This document shows, one piece after another, positions 27,301-31,696 of a stretch of 47,079 bases of DNA. The DNA is from Nevskiaceae bacterium (GTDB lineage: Bacteria > Pseudomonadota > Gammaproteobacteria > Nevskiales > Nevskiaceae). The translations under genes and the position numbers were made by a program. The first letter of the stretch is position 1. Every line of letters starts with the position of its first letter. The stretch spans positions 1-47,079 of the forward strand of contig JBOICR010000189.1 in the NCBI GenBank assembly GCA_050740195.1. Direction: 5' to 3'. The notes under the pieces are model-generated. The model saw only the letters and a list, made by a program, of their open reading frames with translations. It made no database searches and was not told the DNA's origin.

Positions 27301-29563
27301 TCTGCGCTTCCAGCGCATCGGCGTAGTCGGTCGGCTCGACCGGCGCGTCGATCTGCGCGAGGTTCGCGACCAAGCTGCCGTAATCGGTCTTGCCGTTCGG
27401 CGTCAGCGGGATGCGCTCGAGCCAGACGATCCGGTTGGGCTGCGCCCAGGCCGGCAGCAGCTGCCGCAGACGCTCACGCAATCCGTCCTCGGGCTGCTGG
27501 GTGCCGACGCAGAACGCGACGAGCTGCTTCGTCGCGGCCACGTCCACGGCAGCGACCGCCGCCTGGCGGATGCCGTCGATGGCCAGCAGCGCGGTTTCCA
27601 CCTCGCCTGGTTCAAGCCGGTGTCCGCGCAGCTTGATCTGGCTGTCCACGCGTCCGGCAAAGATCAGCTGGCCGTCGGCATCGAAGCAAGACAAGTCGCC
27701 ACTGCGATACCAGCGCATCCGATCCAGCGTGATGAAGCGTTCGCGCGTTAGCGCGTCGCGCTTGATGTAGCCGTGAGTCACGCCCTCGCCGCCGATCAGC
27801 AGCTCGCCGATCATGCCGCGCGGCAGCGACTGGTTGAAGCGGTTGACGACTCGGACCTCGGTGTTGCAGATCGGCGTGCCGATGACAATGGGTTCGTGCG
27901 CGCCCGGCGTGCGGCTTGCCTGCCACGCGGTCGACAGGATGGTCGTCTCGGTCGGACCGTAGGCATTGATGTAGCGCACGTGCGGCTGCCAGCGGCCGAT
28001 CAGCGCGTGGTCCGGCGTCGATCCTGCCGTCAGCAGCGTCTTGAGCTGCGGCAGCTTCGCTGGCGACAGGTGCTGCGCATACTGCGGTGGGAAGGCGGCG
28101 AAGGTCACACCTTGCTCGCTCATGTATTCCTGCAGGCAATCGGGATCGTCGATCAGCGCCGCCGACAGGATTACCAGTGTGGCGCCGTTGAGGATGGCCG
28201 TGTGGATCTCCGCCACCGATGCATCGAAGGTAAAGGGTGCGAACTGGGACAGCACGTCGTTGGCGCCGACCCACTCGCTCAGGTGCACGACGAAGTTCAG
28301 CAGGTTACCGTGGCTGACCTTGACACCCTTCGGCCTGCCGGTGGAGCCGGACGTGAAGATCACGTAGGCCGGGTCGTCGGTGCCGACGGCGACGACCGCG
28401 TCGGGCGACGCACCCGGTGTTGCCGGCTGCTCGTCCGCGACCAGGCACCGCACGCCGGACAAGGCGCTCCGAAGGATCGACGCCGCGGCCGCGTCGCCGA
28501 GCACCAGGCGCATATCGGTGTCTTCAGCCATCGCCTGCAGGCGCATCTCGGGCTGGGTGACATCCATCGGCACGAAGGCCGCACCCGTCTTCAGCACGGC
28601 GAGCTGCGCCGCGACCATCGCGCGGTCGCGGCCGAACGCGACGCCAACGTAGCCCCCGCGCTGCGCACCGGCGGCGCGCAGCGCCTGCGCCCAGGTGCCA
28701 GACAGCGCATCCAGTTCGGCGAAGCCGATGCTGCCGCGATCGTCGATCACGGCCGGCTTGTCTGGCGTCGCCGCGGCGCAGGCGGCGAAACGCTGCACGA
28801 GGTTACCGGCGATGGAAACCACCGGGCCAGCCATGCCCGCCTGCTGCATCCCGCGCGCATCGCCACCGTCGGTGCAGGTCTGAGCGGACAGCAGCGAGTG
28901 CGGGCGCTCGAGCAGCGCCACGATGAACTGGTGCCACAGCGTCATGAGGTTCCGCTGGTAGGCCTCGCTGTAGCGGCTGGCGGCGCAGGAGATGCACCAG
29001 GAGTCGCCCTCGCGCACAAGCGCGAATTCCGTTGCGATGTCCTCGGGGCCGGCCTCGAGCCGGATGGCGTGGCAACGCAGCGGGTCGAGCAACTCGGCAT
29101 GGTCCGGATCGCGCAGATCCAGCCAGTTCTCGGCCGGCGGCGCCCATTGCACGACCACGTCGGCGAGCAACTGCGCCAGCGAAGTCGCGGCGCCAACACT
29201 GGTGACGATCGGCCAGCAGGCGTGCGCGCGCTGTCCCACCAAGCACGTGGTGACCGGCTCGTCGGTGTAGCGCAGCCAATGCAGCACGCCGTGCCAGGCC
29301 GCCACGCAGACCTGCGGCGTCGCGTCGGCCGGGAAGGGTGGACAGGCGAGCACGCGGCGGCGGCCGTCGTCGCTGGCCCGCGCCGTGCCGTCGCCCTGCA
29401 GGCCAGCGAGATCGACGCCCTGGAAGCGTGACGTCGCGCTGTGAGTTTCCGTTGGCGGTTGTTCGATTAGCATGGTTCTGATTGCCTGTTCATGCCGCAA
29501 GGTCGGCGAAAAGTTTGGATACGCTCTGCAGGTTCCTGCCGAACTGGTTGATGGCCGGCGCAT
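12341..29563 (-). CDS. four-module NRPS with C-terminal ABC-transporter ATPase domain (halfC-A-T-E-C-A-T-E-C-A-T-C-A-T-Cterm-NBD)
   Basis: One uninterrupted 5740-codon frame. All core NRPS motifs are present (see domain entries). The probable true start is ATG 29473 (MLIEQPP..), 17 nt after the AT gene stop. The track start 29563 overlaps the AT gene by 74 nt. Confidence 0.95.
   Translation of the reverse strand: [5740 protein letters not shown]
12344..13285 (-). other. NRPS C-terminal ABC-transporter nucleotide-binding domain (DrrA/CcmA-like, ABC-2 partner type)
   Basis: [21 protein letters not shown], Walker A GPNGAGKT (DNA about 13160-13183), Q-loop VGVQLQQ, signature [12 protein letters not shown], Walker B [13 protein letters not shown], H-loop [10 protein letters not shown]. 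A ~100-aa C-terminal domain ends [12 protein letters not shown]. It is in frame with the upstream C domain, with no intervening stop. Confidence 0.9.
13409..14536 (-). other. NRPS terminal condensation-like domain (Cterm), active-site variant DHxxxDG
   Basis: [12 protein letters not shown] (C1-like), [18 protein letters not shown] (checked in DNA at 14121-14158), VLFNFQ. It is preceded by ~100 unassigned aa (14537-14857). Confidence 0.7.
14858..15061 (-). other. NRPS domain T4
   Basis: [16 protein letters not shown] (checked in DNA at about 14958-14995). Confidence 0.9.
15104..16591 (-). other. NRPS domain A4
   Basis: [82 protein letters not shown]. Confidence 0.9.
16664..17971 (-). other. 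NRPS domain C4 (condensation, LCL-like)
   Basis: [36 protein letters not shown]. Confidence 0.85.
18020..18232 (-). other. NRPS domain T3
   Basis: [16 protein letters not shown]. Confidence 0.9.
18284..19741 (-). other. NRPS domain A3
   Basis: [78 protein letters not shown]. Confidence 0.9.
19829..21106 (-). other. NRPS domain C3 (condensation, DCL-like)
   Basis: [39 protein letters not shown]. Confidence 0.85.
21194..22501 (-). other. NRPS domain E2 (epimerization)
   Basis: [42 protein letters not shown]. Confidence 0.85.
22559..22771 (-). other. NRPS domain T2
   Basis: [16 protein letters not shown]. Confidence 0.9.
22814..24301 (-). other. NRPS domain A2
   Basis: [79 protein letters not shown]. 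Confidence 0.9.
24374..25681 (-). other. NRPS domain C2 (condensation, DCL-like)
   Basis: [33 protein letters not shown]. Confidence 0.85.
25739..27061 (-). other. NRPS domain E1 (epimerization)
   Basis: [41 protein letters not shown]. Confidence 0.8.
27119..27331 (-). other. NRPS domain T1 (PCP)
   Basis: [16 protein letters not shown]. Confidence 0.9.
27359..28801 (-). other. NRPS domain A1 (adenylation)
   Basis: [78 protein letters not shown]. Confidence 0.9.
28859..29473 (-). other. NRPS domain: condensation-like C-terminal lobe only (aa 31-235), no HHxxxDG lobe
   Basis: [43 protein letters not shown] and [42 protein letters not shown] resemble the C4-C7 half of C domains. Nothing resembling C1-C3 lies upstream. 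Confidence 0.6.
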
Positions 29564-31388
29564 GCGGGATGCGGCCGCCGTAGCCGTGCTTGATGAAGCC
29601 GGCCAGCGTGCCCGAGGGGCCGAGGTCCACGAACCGGCATTCCCCGTCCTCGACCACGGCGTCCACCGGCCGACGGAAATCGGCGCGACCGCGGATCACA
29701 TCCCAGAAGTACGCGGCATCGCACTGTTGCAGCGCACCGCCGCAGGTCGTGGAATACAGCGGCAGCTGCGGCGCGCGCAGCGCGATGCCCTCGACGAACT
29801 GCTTGAACTCCGACTCGATCGGATCCACCGCGGACGAGTGGAATGCATGCGTCACCGGCAGCAGCAGCGAGACGACGGACAGGTCGTCCAGGCGCCGCTT
29901 CAATGCCGCGAGCGTCGCCTGCACTCCGCTGACGACGAAGTTCTGCGCGAAGTTCACGCTCGCCAGCGTGGTGCCCGCATACAGGTCGGGATGGCGTTCG
30001 TAGTGATGGACCGAGGCCAGGATGGTCAACATGCCGCCCCCGGGCGCGTGCTCGCACACCAGGCGCGCCTGCTTGACGACGACGGCCATCGCGTCCTCTA
30101 GCGAGAGGACGCCAGCAACCGTCGCGGCCGCGTACTCGCCGAGGCTGTAGCCCAGCACGCCGTCCGGGCGCACGTTGCCGTCGAGCAGCACCTGCGTCAG
30201 CGCGTAGCCGATGCTGAGCAGCGCCGGATGCGACAGCAGGATGTCGGTGAGGTCGTCATGCCGGCGCGCGTCGTCGTAGAGCTCGGCCAGCATGTCGCGG
30301 CCGGTGAGCGGGCGGTACATGCCCGCGCAGTCTTGCATCGCCTGCCGGAACACGGCGTTGTGCTGGTACAGCTCCTTACCCATCGCGTAGTACTGCGAGC
30401 CCTGGCCCGAGTACATGAAGATCGTGCGTGGCTTTCCGGATCGCGGCGTGGCAGTGTCCGCCTCCTCGCGCAGCACCATGGGCGACTGCCGGATCTTGAA
30501 ATGCAGGTTGGTCAACACGTCGCCGGGCCCGATCTCCGTCAAGGCGACCTCGCCGCGAGCGAGCAGACGGGACATGGATTCGTACCAACGCACGGGCTGC
30601 GTGATCTGGCGGATCAGCAGCGACTGGTAGTCCGTCTTCGGATACGGGCGCGCCGTGCAGTTGGAGATCACCTCGGCGGCGAGCGGCCGGAACGGCACGC
30701 CCGCGACGTAGGCGGCGAACTGTTCCTCCACCTCGCACATGAATCGCGAATGGAACGCAGCGCTGACCTTCAGCCGGATATAGCGCGCACCAGCGCCGGC
30801 GAACAACGCTTCGCAGCGCTCGATCTCGTCGTACAGCCCGGACACCACGATCTGGCTCGCGGAGTTCACGTTCGCGACATCGATGCGCGCGAATTCCGAG
30901 CGAGCCAGCAGCGCGCGCACCTGGTCCTCGCCCAGTCCGATCACGGCGGCCATGGCGCCTTTGGGCGCATGCGCCATCAGCTCCCCGCGCTTCGTCACCA
31001 ACGCCACGCCGGTGGCGAAGTCGTAGGCATCGGCCGCGCACAGTGCATTGAACTCGCCAAGGCTGTGACCCGCAAAGCACTGTGCTGCGGCGCCATCCTG
31101 CTCGCGCCTATGCAGGTAGGTCAGCGCGGAGACGACGAACAGCGCCGGCTGCGTGTATTGCGTCTGGCCGAGCAGTTGATCTGGATCCTCCAGGCACAGC
31201 CGGCGCAGCGAACAGCCGACGATCTCGTCCGCCTGCGCCACCAGCTGTGGATAGCGCGCGAACAGGTCCGCACCCATGCCCTTGAACTGCGATCCCTGGC
31301 CTGGGAAAACCCATACCGACGTCATGCTCATCGCTCTCGTCCTCGTCGTCGTGTTGGCGTGTTGATCGGTCCACGCGATCTCATGCAT
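29490..31388 (-). CDS. discrete tandem acyltransferase (AT-AT) for the trans-AT PKS
   Basis: 632-aa track ORF. The likely start is ATG 31331 (MSMTSVWVFPGQGSQ), preceded by GAGGACGAGAG. The track start 31388 overlaps the ACP gene. Two AT folds; see domain entries. Confidence 0.9.
   Translation of the reverse strand: MHEIAWTDQHANTTTRTRAMSMTSVWVFPGQGSQFKGMGADLFARYPQLVAQADEIVGCSLRRLCLEDPDQLLGQTQYTQPALFVVSALTYLHRREQDGAAAQCFAGHSLGEFNALCAADAYDFATGVALVTKRGELMAHAPKGAMAAVIGLGEDQVRALLARSEFARIDVANVNSASQIVVSGLYDEIERCEALFAGAGARYIRLKVSAAFHSRFMCEVEEQFAAYVAGVPFRPLAAEVISNCTARPYPKTDYQSLLIRQITQPVRWYESMSRLLARGEVALTEIGPGDVLTNLHFKIRQSPMVLREEADTATPRSGKPRTIFMYSGQGSQYYAMGKELYQHNAVFRQAMQDCAGMYRPLTGRDMLAELYDDARRHDDLTDILLSHPALLSIGYALTQVLLDGNVRPDGVLGYSLGEYAAATVAGVLSLEDAMAVVVKQARLVCEHAPGGGMLTILASVHHYERHPDLYAGTTLASVNFAQNFVVSGVQATLAALKRRLDDLSVVSLLLPVTHAFHSSAVDPIESEFKQFVEGIALRAPQLPLYSTTCGGALQQCDAAYFWDVIRGRADFRRPVDAVVEDGECRFVDLGPSGTLAGFIKHGYGGRIPHAPAINQFGRNLQSVSKLFADLAA
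29574..30428 (-). other. domain AT2: divergent AT-like domain (aa ~321-605)
   Basis: FMYSGQGSQYYAMG, GYSLGEYAAATVAG, VVKQARLVCE (the Arg does not align cleanly with the RGxLM motif), VTHAFHSSAV. Confidence 0.75.
30489..31319 (-). other. domain AT1: FabD-like malonyl-type acyltransferase (aa 24-300)
   Basis: FPGQGSQFKGMG, QTQYTQPALFVVS, GHSLGEFNAL, VTKRGELM (FabD Arg117-equivalent present), SAAFHSRFM. Confidence 0.85.
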
Positions 31389-31668
31389 CCGCGTGGCGTG
31401 CGGTTGTCTCAGCGGTGAGATCCAACTTGGCTTCCAGCAGGTTCACGACGTCGGCGAGCGTGTAGAGATCGCGCTTGCCCGAATCGGGCACGCGGATGCC
31501 GAGGCGCTGTTCGAGTTCGTACCAAATCTCCAGCATCTCGCGGGAGTCGATGCCGAGGTCCCCGCCCAGATAGAAATCCGGGTCGACAGAGTCGTACGTG
31601 AATCCCGTCTTCTTGATGTCGTTGACGACCTGCAGCAGCATGGCCATCGCGTCGTTGCGCTTGCTCAT
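31381..31668 (-). CDS. free-standing acyl carrier protein
   Basis: 95 aa, acidic, with the phosphopantetheine site YLGGDLGIDSREMLEIWYELE. Confidence 0.85.
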   Translation of the reverse strand: MSKRNDAMAMLLQVVNDIKKTGFTYDSVDPDFYLGGDLGIDSREMLEIWYELEQRLGIRVPDSGKRDLYTLADVVNLLEAKLDLTAETTARHADA

Positions 31669-31696
31669 TTCGTAGCCTCCAGTGGTATACCCAACC

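Noticed and set aside
29474-29563. First 30 codons of the NRPS track ORF ([30 protein letters not shown]).
   Set aside because: They overlap the 3' end of the AT-AT gene by 74 nt. ATG 29473 lies 17 nt after that gene's stop and is the more plausible start.
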